NCBI GenBank assembly: GCA_964016885.1
Contig: OZ024740.1
Coordinates: forward strand, 257,796,001 to 257,860,000
Length of the DNA: 64,000 nt
DNA from: Eledone cirrhosa
Taxonomy: Eukaryota
Reading direction: 5' to 3'
This document shows positions 1 through 13,690 of this stretch, piece by piece. Numbering within the stretch: position 1 is the stretch's first letter; each line of letters opens with the position of its first letter. Both the position numbers and the translations under genes were made by a program. The notes under the pieces were generated by a model. The model had not been told where the DNA came from and made no database searches. It saw only the letters and a list, made by a program, of their open reading frames with translations.

Positions 1-142
1 CTCGTCACACATACAGATGGGAAGTAAAAAAGTAAACTTGCAGTTGAGTAATGATAGGTTGGTGGTACAAGGTGTGGATGAGAGAGAAGTGTGTGGGTCT
101 GTGGCCTTTACAGGTGGGTTCTTTGGGGAAGTACGGATGTTT

Positions 143-200
143 GACAGGTGTGTTGGTGGGGCTTGGTCCACCGACAGGTGTGTTGGTGGGGCTTGGTCCA
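143..200. repeat. 30-bp tandem duplication
   Basis: GACAGGTGTGTTGGTGGGGCTTGGTCCA at 143 and again at 173. Confidence 0.9.
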
Positions 201-309
201 TCTACATGTCACTGCACAGGCATGGATACCGAGTTGTTTAGGCGCCTGTGCTTGATGATTCTGAGTCACTAGCCTCCTGGGTGTTTTGTCAATTTGAGGC
301 ATAGGTATG

Positions 310-800
310 AATTTTGTATGCGGTGTAAACATTTGGTGACTAGTTCAGATATTTTATTTAATTGTGTATTTTTGACGAGCAGTATACGAAGTACTTCGGC
401 CGAGCATAAGGTACAGTGACCTCCTCCCCCCTGGTAATGGTAGCCCAGCGTAGTTGGTAGGGTATTCCCTTTTCGCGTAACTGACAGAGGTGCCTGGAGG
501 GGCTTGTTATGTACTTACGTTTTGGGTGTCGGAAGAAATATTTGTGTTGCGTAAATCAGGATTTGAAGGTGAAATCCGTTACACCGATGTGTGTTTTTCT
601 CTGCGTACTGGTGGTGACCACGCATTTGTAAACTGCATCGGAGGCGGCAGGTGCAGTATTGTTCTATGGTCGGGTTGAATGGACCATGGGATCTGTGTCT
701 GCTGATACAAAGATACTTTGTGCTGTATTTGGTGTTTTTATTGAAAATGCTGTGGTATCGGTGCTGCGGTGGGAAGTGCCTACGAGGTGCCTTCTTCATT
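310..800 (-). mobile_element. Decayed Penelope-like element, GIY-YIG endonuclease C-terminal region
   Basis: Manual minus-strand translation gives SIFNKNT...KTHIGVTDFTFKS*FTQHKYFFRHPK...HLCQLREKGIPYQLRW...CTLCSAE...ELVTKC. This follows the PLE endonuclease pattern YIG..FK.R..H..F / L..K...Y.I.W / C.LC..E, with stops and frameshifts. Confidence 0.7.
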
Positions 801-1425
801 TCGAAGAAGATCCGAGTGAGAGGTGTTGCCACTTGAAAGGGTACAAAGGAGGAAAGATAAGTGGAAAATAGGAATTAGGAAGAAAATAATAGAAAAAATA
901 TGTGAAAAATGTGTGAGTGAGATTTTCACATATTATTTCCTTCATTTTCTTTATAATTCATTTTTTCCGTTTATATATATATACATAAATAAAATTAATT
1001 TTCGCTCTTAACGTGGTGTATACCCGAATGTATTCCTGAGTGAATAATTAAAATAATATCATAAAATTATTAATATTCGGTTTGTTTACAAGTAAGCAGC
1101 CTCATAAAGCACCACGTGCTAGATGACAACGCCATCCATTTGTTCCAGCGGTAGCTGAGAGTAAACAATCGACAACTGACAATTGTTTTAGAATGTCTTA
1201 CTCCTTGTCAAGATTATGTATTCTGATCGTTACTGCAACTCACTGGAACTGCTGAGTATGTCAGTATTCTCAAATATATACATCAGCTAATTAGCCTCAT
1301 TTGCATACCCAGCGGATCTTTTACGTATCGAGCGAAATTTTACCGAAAACTAATAATACAAAATTCGTTTTCGCTCTTAACGTGTTGGCTACCAAACTGT
1401 ATTGGTGAGTGAATACTAATATTAT

Positions 1426-1575
1426 AATTGTTTCTACTTTTGGCACAAGGCCAGCAAATTACCCAGTACATATACTGGTACTTTATTGAATCGACCCTGT
1501 AAGGATGAAAGGCAAAGTTAACCTCGGCGGGATTTGAACTCAGACCCCGCCGAGGTTAACTTTGCCTTTCATTCT
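1426..1575 (-). mobile_element. 5'-truncated tRNA-derived SINE with internal fold-back
   Basis: Reverse complement of the SINE 3' half; its end folds back on itself (ATGAAAGGCAAAGTTAACCTCGGCGGG...CCCGCCGAGGTTAACTTTGCCTTTCAT). Confidence 0.85.
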
Positions 1576-1617
1576 TAGTGAACACTAATAATATGATGAC
1601 ATTATAATATTATTATT

Positions 1618-1815
1618 AGGGCGGTGAACTGGCAGTATCGGTAGAGTGTTGGACGCCATGCTTTCTAGCATAGTTACATCCCTATACAGTCTGAGTTCAA
1701 ATCCCGTCGAGGTTAACTTTGCCTTTCATCCTTACGGGGTCGATAAATAAAAGTACCAGTAATGTACTTGGTAATTGCTGGCCTTGTGCCAAATGTAGAA
1801 ACAATTATAATATTA
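1618..1815 (+). mobile_element. tRNA-derived SINE (main family, ~190 bp)
   Basis: A-box-like TGGCAGTATCGG, B-box GAGTTCAAATCC, conserved body CGAGGTTAACTTTGCCTTTCATCCTTACGGGGTCGATAAA, ATT-type tail; more than 10 copies in the window. Confidence 0.9.
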
Positions 1816-2165
1816 TTATTGACTCCCCAATATATGTATACATTACTGACTTGCATGTTACGCAATTTGTAGTGTAGCTTCCGTGTTCCCAGAAACATTA
1901 TCGAAGATATATATCGATTAATATCTAATATCTATCGATAGGTCCAGGTTCGTCTTTAACTTGTCTGTATTTTCGTTGTTGTAGTATTAAAGTGGAAACA
2001 CGCCTCAGCCTACATATTTCATTGTGTCACTATTACCTAACTTATGTTGATTACTCTCTCATTGAGTGAAAAGACTCAGTGGCAACCTTCAAGAATCTAT
2101 TGCGAACATGCTACTCGCAGCTGCAACTTCGGTTATACTTCGGTTATATATATTTATTTAATTTT

Positions 2166-3298
2166 TCTAGTCAACCCCAATAGTCAAGACCTAACATGCC
2201 ATCTATCTTTTTTCTGATTGACCTTTCAGGTGCTTCAATTTCCATGGTACTTTGTTTCGTGTGGGGAGACTACAGTGGACAACAGTATTCAAGGTGGGGT
2301 CGAGCAAAAGTGGAGAAGAGAAGGATAATAAGTGTGGATATCTCTCGACAGGAACACATTCTGTGGGCTATAACAACTTTGTTATTTTTATTAGTAGCCC
2401 AGCTTATATTATTGTCCACAATTACTCCCAAGTCTCTGATGTTCTTGGATGCCACGAGAGTTTCACCTGAAGGGAGGGAGTATGGGAGTTTCAGTGTATC
2501 CTCTTTTCCAAAGTGGATTAACTCAAATTTATCCTGCTCCGCCCATTAGATAACAGCCAGTAGATCTGATTGGAACCATATCCGGTCATCCACGCCATTG
2601 ATAACTTTCTGGTGTTTGAAATCATCTGCTGCAAAGATTCTTATGCTGCTGTGCTTGACGATGTTAGTAATGTCATTAATATAGTTAATGAAAAGAAGTG
2701 GGCCCAACACAGTGCCTTGAGGGACACCACTACTGACTTTGGTTGAGATGGATTGTACTCCTTCGAACATGTTGGGTTCTGTTAGTCAGGAATCACTTGA
2801 TCCATTGCAGCAACTTTCCAGAGACACCAATATTGGATAGGTTTTTCAGTAGAATGTTGTGATCAACCCTGTCAAAGGCCTTGCTGAAATCAATGTTGAT
2901 GACATTAGTGTTGGTGCCCTCAACCAAAGTTCTCGAAATGTCATCAACGTGATGCAGTAGCTGCGTTAGGCAATCCTTATCATTACGGAACCCATGTTGG
3001 TTGGAGTTCAGTAGAGTGTTGCTTTGAAGAAAGTGAATTATTCATGATCTCACCACCTTCTTAAATAACTTAATGATATGAGAGGTGAGTGAGACCGGGC
3101 GGTAATTCACAGCAAGGGACTTGTTTCCCTTTTTGAAAACTGAGACAACAGACATGGATTGTAAGTTTTCTGGTATATATCCAGCATCCAGTGAATTCCT
3201 CCACAGATTAGTAAGAGCAGATGCAAGTTGGTGTCGACACACCTTCAGGGCTCAAGCAGGGAACCTATCGGGGCTTACTGCTGAATTGTGTTTAGGGG
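2166..3298 (-). mobile_element. Decayed CR1/L2/Jockey-group LINE reverse transcriptase fragment
   Basis: ORF pieces NYRPVSLTSHIIKLF, SGVPQGTVLGPLLF..YINDI, FAADD, RDLGVIVD, RPHLEYC. Confidence 0.85.
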
Positions 3299-3332
3299 AT
3301 TAACATCACTTATACAGCCCAGATCTATATAT

Positions 3333-3640
<308 letters not shown>

Positions 3641-4211
3641 CATCCACGCCTCGGCTATTCTCGACAGGACCCTCTAGAGGAGTGTTTTAGGACCCTGTCG
3701 CCACGAACCTCTCTGGAATAAGCTGTCCAAGAAGAAGAAGAAGAAGAAGAAGAAGAAAAAGGCTATGTTAACATGTGTAGATGGCTGATTAGCCTCATAT
3801 GCTCAGATTTAACGTAGAATCAATTATTTTTTTAAATTTTAAATTTTAGCTCCAACATAGCTGTATACATACACGTATAAGAATGTTGTGTATCTAATCA
3901 TATACGGTATGTTTAATAACATTTGAAATGCCGTCTAGCTATGAATATTGAGATGCTGACGAATAGCGCAAATGGAATCTACAGAGGCAAACAAAACTAT
4001 ATTTTCGCCTCTTTCAAGTTCCAGCAGAAAGCAGGGGAAGCACTGTCATTATGATGACCACAGTCTGAAATGTACATTCACAGTTGTTCCACGCTGCCTC
4101 TGCTGGAATCCGGTAGACGGCACCAGCCGTCTTTCACTTTTCATAGGTAGACGGCTTTACAAATTTTTATTTTTTTAAACACATATTGTATAATTATATA
4201 TACGAAATTTT

Positions 4212-4402
<191 letters not shown>

Positions 4403-5708
4403 AAGTCTATTGAACTAAACAAACTGAGTTTGTGCTAGTACGTTGATCTTTCCAAATCGTTCAATGAATTCACGGGGCTTGCACTTCCGAAGCGCCAGTC
4501 CGTGATTCAGAGCGCACACATTTAGTTATTAGTGGCAAGTTCGGATTATGTGCGAAACGAAATCGTTGGTTTCTACTCCATGTCCTGTGCACTGCAGAGC
4601 AATAATTGCACTCAGTACACAGAAGCCATGCATTAAATCCAGAATTGTCTGGAAGGAATGGACGCGGCCAGGATCAACACAAAATTTCGTCAACGGGTAA
4701 CGATCGTTTTCTCTTTTCTATCGCTAGGGTCTACTGGTGAAACGGTAGCAGTCCTTGCCTGCCACTATCGTCAGGTAATTTTCAAAGTCGGAGGAATACG
4801 GAGGCCCAAGATATAGAACCAATTACATAATTAGGCGGATAAATTTCAAACAGTTTGAAAGTAGCGCCAAAAGAACTCCACTTCGAATATAGAGAAAATA
4901 ACAGTTGGAAATGGGTGATACGTTGAATTAATATATATATTTATACACGATGGTCTTCTCGAGTAGGACTGAACTAAGAACCATATAGTTTTGAATCGAA
5001 CTCCTTAACCACACAGGCATGGCTAGATCTAGTCACTTCTATATATATATATTAAACTTAACAACTGAAAGTACAAAACTATACACAGAATATCATATTA
5101 GAAAGGTAGGGGCTGGGAAGAAAGAAATTAAGAGGGAAGTGTTGAGGGAGAAGGGGGTTGATGTAGAAAGGGTTAGGGGAGAAGGGAGATGTAGGAAGAG
5201 AGAGAGAGATTTATGTAGAGGGGAGAGGGGGGATAGTTCTTTTATATGTCATTGAGTAATTGAGAAGTTAATTTTTTCAGAGAGGGAGATAGAAAGGAAT
5301 AGAAACGGAGACAGAAATGGAGGGAAATTGTTTAAAATGACGACGATGACTATGATGATGCTGAGAAGGACGGAGTTGATGATGTTGCTGATGATGATGA
5401 TGACGACGATGCCTATTATGATGTTGATAATGACAGGAATGGGAAGAGGCAAGGACAAAAAAGAGTGACAGTGTGACAGAGGTGCACGGAGCGAGCGTGG
5501 CGTGGTAAAGAAAATGTCAACCGGAGATAAACATCAGACAATATAAAATGAGGGACTGTTTTTAAGGAAAGAAAGAAACGAATATATATATATAACTATC
5601 TATCCATGTTTGTATCTATATATTTATCTATCGATCTTTATATCTATCTTTTTCTCAGTCTATCTGTCTGATATACATTCACCCCCCCCCCCCCACACAC
5701 ACACATAT

Positions 5709-5759
<51 letters not shown>

Positions 5760-5766
<7 letters not shown>

Positions 5767-5970
5767 ATAGATAGAGTGGGATATGGATGGATGGATAGAT
5801 TGATAGAAAGATAGATAGATGAATAGATTGATAAATAAATAGATGAATAAATAAATACCTAGCTAGCTAGATACATAGATAGTCAGAAAAATATTTAAAT
5901 ACATAGACATATAGATAGATCGATAGATAAATAGATAGATCGATAGATAGTTAGATAGATAGATAGATAC

Positions 5971-6010
<40 letters not shown>

Positions 6011-6048
6011 GTAGATAGGTAGATAGATAGATAGATAGATAGATAGAA
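5760..6048. repeat. (GATA)n microsatellite
   Basis: Directly visible. Confidence 0.95.
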
Positions 6049-6283
6049 AGTATCAAACAAGGAGAGAAAGTAAGTGGTGGAGATAGACTATAGAGGAACA
6101 AAAGGAGGAAGGGAAGAAAGGAAGATTGAGAGAAAAAAACAGACAGAACGAGAGTAATGGGAAAGAGTGGGGGAAATAATAAAAAAATGAAGGGAAATAA
6201 CATAGGAGGGAATAACAAGTCATGTAGTCAAAATGGCTGCCAGACATATCTCGATTTTCTTTATATATGAAATGATGATGATG

Positions 6284-6284
6284 C

Positions 6285-6349
<65 letters not shown>

Positions 6350-6370
6350 ATAATAGTTGTAGTTGTTGTA

Positions 6371-6423
<53 letters not shown>

Positions 6424-7110
6424 ATGGAAGTTGTGGATAAACGTGGTTGTGGAGGTGGGTGTGTTGGTGGTTCTAATGTTGAAGCTGATGGTTATTGTGA
6501 TGGTTGTGATGATGATGGTGATCATGATTGTAGTGATAGTAGCGGAAGTAGTTGAGGTGGAGGTGCCAGTTGATGTGAATATGGCTGTGACTGTGGTAGG
6601 GGAATAGTGTCAGGGAGTGGTGCTGTAGGATGGTTAGAGTTGATGATGTATTCAGTGGTAGTAGCTATGCTGGCTCTAATGCGGAAAATGGTAATCATGT
6701 GTAGTTATAGTTCTGGTAAGAGTGTTGGTGTTGGTGATGGCATTGGTGGTGGAGATGGTGATAGTAGTGGTGCTATTGGTGGTGATAGTAGTATGTTGTA
6801 GATGGTGATATACGTGATGGTGGTGGTGGTATTGAAGTTGGTGAGAGTAGTGGTGTTATTGATGGTGATGGACATAATGGTAGCGGTGTTGGAGATGGTG
6901 ATGGTAATGGAGTTGGAAGTGGTGTTAATGACAATAGTGGTGTTGGTGATGGTATTGTCTGTAGTGTTGTTGATAGTGATGGTTGTGCTGGTGGTGGTGA
7001 CGGAGATTATTGTGGTTGTGGTGGTGCTGCTGGTAATGATATTGGTGGTAATGGTGGGGGGATAGATGTTGATGGTGGTGGAGGCGGCGGATGTGATAAT
7101 GGTGATGGAG
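6284..7110. repeat. (TAG)n tract followed by degenerate GGT/GAT trinucleotide low-complexity region
   Basis: Directly visible. Confidence 0.9.
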
Positions 7111-7517
7111 ACGATTTCAATTTCAGGCTTTCACGTAGAGATCTTTATCAGTACTGGGCAATGACGCTCTAAGTAACAATTCAGCACATTGCATGGACGT
7201 TTCAGTCAATTTGGGTCGCCGTTCTTATCTGAACGATCTAGGGGTCATTAGTGCAGTTTGGTCTTTGCAAGGCGGACATTGTTACAGGCCAGGGATGCCC
7301 TCTGTCTTTCCTGTCTCTTGTCAAGGGAAACTACTTAATGGGAAACAGAAAACATAGATGGCAGTGAAGTTGGCATGAAACATTGTATGGGGAATATTTT
7401 AGTTGTCTTGATGTGTATGTGTATATGAATATATGTATGCGTGTGTTATGCATGATATATGTGTAGTAAACGTGTGTTTAATGGTTTGTAACGAATAATA
7501 TATATACATACGCATGT

Positions 7518-7698
<181 letters not shown>

Positions 7699-8149
7699 TT
7701 TGTAAGAATCAATTATTCAAAGCTTAATACAAATTGTATTTCGGAAACGCAAATGAAATAAATAAATATTTACCTGTTTACTTAAAGCGTCCATACTGAG
7801 GTTGTGTGAGCAAAACTTATCATTTTGAACTGTAAAAATCTTAAATTATCAGGGAACATTTTCAAACAAGAAAGAATTCATCTGCATTGTTCGCTTCCTG
7901 TGATAATTTCGAATAATAGAATTATCACGTGATTAGCGTCCTACAGAGGTGCAGAGGTATCTGGACAATGACACGTGAAAAGGCTGCTAAATATACGAGT
8001 CCGATTCGGCCAAATTCTTTACTCGCCCTTAAGGGAGTAATTAACAAATATACTGATGATTTGTGATGTTCACAGCTCAAAATGCTGAGTTTTGCTCAAT
8101 GAAACTGCAGTAAATAAGTAAATACCGATAGATATTCAATCGCCATATA

Positions 8150-8635
8150 GTGAAAATAGGCTATTCGTGTACTAATGGCTTTGAAATCTACACCACTGGC
8201 AAACGCAAACACCCTCCAGAAACATGCCCACTAGATCAACAGTGCAGCACTCCGGCGGTGATATATCAAACAAAAGTTACATCCACAAACCAGAACAACC
8301 AAACTAAAACCTGGAGTTATGTCGGAATATCCGAGAGCCGGTTCAAAAACCGGTACCTGAAGCATGAAACATCCTTCAGGAATCCTGAGAAAAACATTCC
8401 ACCCAGCTCGCAAACCCTATATGGAGCCATAAAATTAATGTCTGCTTTTTCCAGCAAATGGAGTATATAATAATTATATCTATCCCTATGTTAATGGGAC
8501 GAGATTTGACCGTCTTTGTAACTTGGAAAAACAATCTCTCAGCTGGCTTCAGATAAACACTGCTTTAATACAGGCCTTGACTGCTTCAGACGCTGTCCGC
8601 ACGAATCGATAAACATTCTGAGTAAATGGTTTTGA
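8150..8635 (+). mobile_element. Decayed Penelope-like GIY-YIG endonuclease fragment
   Basis: ORF 8150-8470: KIGYSC...CPLDQQC..AVIY...YVGISESRFKNRYLKHETSF; downstream frameshifted RLCNLEK and CFRRCPH. Confidence 0.8.
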
Positions 8636-8992
8636 CCCGACTAAATAATTCTAATGTCAAGGAATATATTTTCTTTGAATTATTAACTTGTATGTTGAGG
8701 AATTCTTTGAGTTAAATTTTCCCTACCCTTGACATTAGTTATGGATGTGTTACCTCATTCAACCTATCAAATAATTTTGGATATTTATAGCTATTACAAC
8801 TATTTTCGAAATTACCTGCCTTTGTAAAGAATTTCAAATATTTTTATGAAGGAAATGATATTCAACCACCGGAGGACATCTTTATTCTTATAACAGGTTG
8901 AATGAGTTGGGGAGCATAACCCAACGAATCTTAAGTATATATACATACGCACACACACACGCGCGCACACACGCGCGCACACACGCGCGCAC

Positions 8993-9088
<96 letters not shown>

Positions 9089-9499
9089 ACATATATATAT
9101 ATAGAGAGAGAGTGAGAGAGATATGGCATTGGCACGTTAATTTTACAAGCAGGCTGTTTCTTTTAACAAGCACCTGGAAAAGTTGTCGTCGGAACCAACA
9201 GAGATCCAACTAGTATGAAATAACCTCGATTAAATATGACAATATTTTCGTCTCCTTTCTCTCTATAAAATTTTACCATGGACTTTCAAACTCTACTTTG
9301 TTGTATGTCAATGTGTGCTAGAGTTCCGTTGATTCCGAGAGCTCGTGAGATTAGCTGAGGATTCCACAGAGAGGTATACCTAAAATGTAGGGATTTTAGC
9401 GTGATAGAGTGTGCGTGGCATGGTTGCTCCTTTTGAATTACAGGTAAAATACATTCCCACCATTTGACTAAGTCGGAAAACTACATAAAATATATCAAT

Positions 9500-9575
9500 G
9501 GCACAATATGCCGGTAGGAATCGAGCTCCTGACCTTATGATCATGAGCCAAATATTCCAACCACTAGGTCTAGAG
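9500..9575 (-). mobile_element. tRNA-like head of a decayed SINE
   Basis: Reverse complement reads TAGACCTAGTGGTTGG...GCTCGATTCC (A/B-box-like). Confidence 0.45.
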
Positions 9576-9731
9576 CCTCCAAGATGTATGCAAAATACCA
9601 ATTGTGTATTTCTTATTGTTTTACAATGATAAGTTAGAAGAATACATGATATTAATATTACCCTCGCATATGCCAGGCTGACAACATAAATAAAGGCAAC
9701 AGTTTTCTTTAATGTACACTCAGACACACAG

Positions 9732-9777
<46 letters not shown>

Positions 9778-9782
9778 ACACA

Positions 9783-9848
<66 letters not shown>

Positions 9849-9857
9849 CACGCACAT

Positions 9858-9894
<37 letters not shown>

Positions 9895-9946
9895 ACTGTA
9901 ATAATAATAACAATGTTGCTATTATTGGGTGAATACGCAACCAGAT

Positions 9947-10001
<55 letters not shown>

Positions 10002-10289
10002 TAAATCATGTCCTTAGAATTATTAGATAAAATATATACCATTTCCTCTCCCAATTAGCATAATTAACCATATAAAAAATCAATTAGACCAAGCTATAAG
10101 AATAAAGGCTCTTATGAAGAAATTTCCGACAAATAGCCGAAAGTGGCCTCTTCGCGGTGGCCCCAATAGAGTATTTATCCAACATTTCGACAGTGTGTTG
10201 AAACTGACTAAATATACCATCAACCATACACAATTAGGTGCAAATTCAAACTTAGAAGAAATGTGTACATACCGTAATTATATCTCTAC

Positions 10290-10448
<159 letters not shown>

Positions 10449-10607
10449 ATATTGTTATACTTTGGGAGGGTCATGTTGCCAATAAGAAACACACGCACCA
10501 GTTGCTTTCACTTCAATTTAATTTATTATATATTTATAAATTTACAAATTTATAAATTTCTGGTTGGTTGGTTGGTTCCACAACCAGATAGTTGTTTATA
10601 TATATAT

Positions 10608-10652
10608 AGTCATAGTTCTTTCGTCACACACTCTGTGACCTCTTCAGTGACT
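10608..10652 (-). ncRNA. Minimal type-I hammerhead ribozyme motif in the left (inverted) pLTR
   Basis: Reverse complement of 11891-11935. Confidence 0.8.
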
Positions 10653-11085
10653 GGGGATTTCTTTCTTCGTTTCTGTGCCTTTCCTTTCTTCTATCCTACG
10701 CCAGTTTGTTTGTGTGTGGGTTGCGTGCTCAGTTTGCGCATGCGCCACATCCGGGTGTCTGTGTGTGTTTGTGTTCATTTTTCTATTTTTCTATTTATAT
10801 TTGTTTGTTTATTTATTTATTGTTGGTTGGTTGTTTGTTCTATGTGTGTGTGTGTTTTCATTTTGTGTGTGTTTTCAATTGTAAGTTGTTTGTTCTATGT
10901 GTGTGTGTGTTTTCATTTTGTCCTTAATTGTAAGTTGTGATGTTGCTGTTCCACTCATGTTGCTGTTCCACTAGTTCTTTCTATTCTAGAATATTATTAT
11001 TATATATTCTATTAGAATAGAAAGAACTAAGAACAAGGCCAATAGAATAAACTCATGGTATGATAGCAATAAATACCAGAGTGTA

Positions 11086-11619
11086 ATGTTCATCAATACA
11101 ACCCCTAGAGGCGAACTAGCCTACAAATTTAGAAGGGCCCTAAAGAAACATAATCTCAATATTAAGATAGTAGAAAGACCTGGTACCTCCGTAAAAACAC
11201 TTATTAGCAAGACATACCCGTTCCAAAGACCCTCATGTATAGATAAGAAATGTATAACCTGTAAAATAAGCCCCCATATTAACTGTAAAACTAGAAATGT
11301 AGTATATAGCATAAGATGTACTGAAGGACAATGTAGAAACAAAAATATAGTGTACATAGGTGAGACAGCTCGTAGTATAGGGGAACGAATAAATGAACAC
11401 TGGCGAGACCTCCAAGATAGTAAAGAATCATCTGTGCTCTACCAACATGCTAAGATAGAACACAGGGGTAAATTAGAGAGCATAGAAATAAAAATAGAAT
11501 CCACACACAAGAAAGACGCAATGTTTAGGCAAATTACAGAGGCAGTAAGCATAAAAGAATTAAAACCAAAATTAAATAGAAAATATGAGTGGAACAGCAA
11601 CATCACAACTTACAATTAA
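11086..11619 (+). CDS. GIY-YIG endonuclease domain with Cys-rich linker, from a Penelope-like retroelement (no RT)
   Basis: C-x4-C-x2-C-x7-C linker, NVVY...C..C...VYIGETARSIGERINEH, LYQH, FRQITEA..I..LKPKLN; uninterrupted. The frame is open further upstream to the junction, so the Met is probably internal. Confidence 0.85.
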   Translation: MFINTTPRGELAYKFRRALKKHNLNIKIVERPGTSVKTLISKTYPFQRPSCIDKKCITCKISPHINCKTRNVVYSIRCTEGQCRNKNIVYIGETARSIGERINEHWRDLQDSKESSVLYQHAKIEHRGKLESIEIKIESTHKKDAMFRQITEAVSIKELKPKLNRKYEWNSNITTYN

Positions 11620-11890
11620 GGACAAAATGAAAACACACACACACATAGAACAAACAACTTACAATTGAAAACACACACAAAATGAAAACACACACACACA
11701 TAGAACAAACAACCAACCAACAATAAATAAATAAACAAACAAATATAAATAGAAAAATAGAAAAATGAACACAAACACACACAGACACCCGGATGTGGCG
11801 CATGCGCAAACTGAGCACGCAACCCACACACAAACAAACTGGCGTAGGATAGAAGAAAGGAAAGGCACAGAAACGAAGAAAGAAATCCCC

Positions 11891-11935
11891 AGTCACTGAA
11901 GAGGTCACAGAGTGTGTGACGAAAGAACTATGACT
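11891..11935 (+). ncRNA. Minimal type-I hammerhead ribozyme motif in the 3' pLTR
   Basis: AGTCA-CTGAAGA-G-GTCAC(AGAGTGT)GTGAC-GAAA-GAAC-TA-TGACT: stem I AGTCA/TGACT, 5-bp stem II, tiny stem III, predicted cleavage after CUA at 11930. Confidence 0.8.
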
Positions 11936-12150
11936 ATATATATATAAACAACTATCTGGTTGTGGAACCAACCAACCAACCAGAAATTTATAAATTTGTA
12001 AATTTATAAATATATAATAAATTAAATTGAAGTGAAAGCAACTGGTGCGTGTGTTTCTTATTGGCAACATGACCCTCCCAAAGTATAACAATATCGGTTT
12101 CAACACACGATTTCAGATAAAGAATCTTGCTAAACAAATTCAGAAACGAA

Positions 12151-12379
<229 letters not shown>

Positions 12380-12655
12380 CCTAGCTATTAATTGTTCGTA
12401 AAAAAACACCGCATATTCGCGGAATCGTAAATATCTTACGCGATATTTTTATGCCTTTTTTCAAGAAGTAAAGACATTCAATGTCACTTGAAGGATTGAA
12501 TATGTTTTTCTTAACTGAAAATATGAAGAGACTTAGACACTCAGAAACCAGTCAAGTATGTCCAAATAATTATGTTAGATTAATTCTAACGTAAAAACTC
12601 AGTTTAATGTAAAGTTTGATAGGTCATTGTAGAGGTCAGTCAGTCAATTATATCT

Positions 12656-12770
<115 letters not shown>

Positions 12771-13491
12771 AACATAAATACATACACACATATATATATG
12801 TGCATATATAGATGTATGTGTGTGTGTGTATATTTGTGCGTGTGAGAGTGCACGTATGTGTGTGTTTGTATCGAATAAACTAAGTTGTTTCTCGGCTATT
12901 AATTTTATTTTTTTACCCTCCGTGGTCCATTAGTCCATGACCCCCCCCCCCCATGGTTACCTTACGTCCGTCACTTTCCCCTGCACACTTAAATGTGAGG
13001 CGAAAAAATTGCCCCGGCGCCACGAGAGTATTTAAAAGCACTTAAAGACAGAGATTTCTAACATGATGTGAGATTTTTATCTTGAGTATCGACATTAATT
13101 TTCCTTGCTCTAAGTGCCTACCATCTGGAGTACTGCTGTACACAATTGGCCAACTTTATTGTTAATCTAGCGGCAATTATAAACTTAGTTAGAGGGTGGG
13201 CAATATCCTCGTATGAATCTTTCAATCTTTCATTTGTTCATTTAATATTTTAACATTTATAACATTTATTGACAGTTAAAATATTCGTATATATGAAAAC
13301 TATAGATCCGTTTTTAATTGGGCCCAAGACTCCTATAATGTTTAATGTATGGAAAATAATGAACCGTTGTGAGGTTCATCGCTTTTTAAAGTAAAACCAC
13401 TTAAACTAATGATTGGAACCTTATTTCAAATAAACACATTTTGTCACAATTACTAAAACGTGGAGTTATCATACCATAAACCGATTTAAAG

Positions 13492-13690
13492 ATGGTGAAT
13501 TGGCAGAATTGGTAGCGCGTCGAAGAAAATGCATTACGGTATCAAGACGCGAACTCTCAATGTTCTGAGTTCAAATTCCGCCATGGTCAACTTTGCCTAT
13601 TCTCCCTCCAAGGTCGAAAAGATAAACTACCTGTCAAGTGCAGGAGTCGATAACATCAACTTTTCTATCCAAATAGTTTGTTTTGTTTCT
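13492..13690 (+). mobile_element. Diverged tRNA-derived SINE copy
   Basis: TGGCAGAATTGG...GAGTTCAAATTCCGCCATGGTCAACTTTGCCT. Confidence 0.75.

Larger units (their letters stand above)
10449..12094 (+). mobile_element. Young 5'-truncated Penelope-like element: inverted pLTR + GIY-YIG ORF + pLTR
   Basis: 510-bp inverted arms 10449-10958 and 11585-12094 (end coordinates sum to 22543; the track gives identical ORF translations on opposite strands), enclosing an endonuclease ORF. Confidence 0.92.

Noticed and set aside
1618-1710. tRNA gene
   Set aside because: A and B boxes are present, but there is no proper cloverleaf and it continues into a multi-copy SINE body
4728-4774. Possible 47-nt exon (pyrimidine tract-AG ... 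GTAATT)
   Set aside because: Splice-like signals are common by chance; no recognisable peptide and no partner exons
10449-12094. Interpretation as a TIR DNA transposon or a bacterial-type homing endonuclease
   Set aside because: No DDE transposase and no TSD; the paralogue at 20256-21420 extends into PLE thumb sequence and lacks the inverted arm
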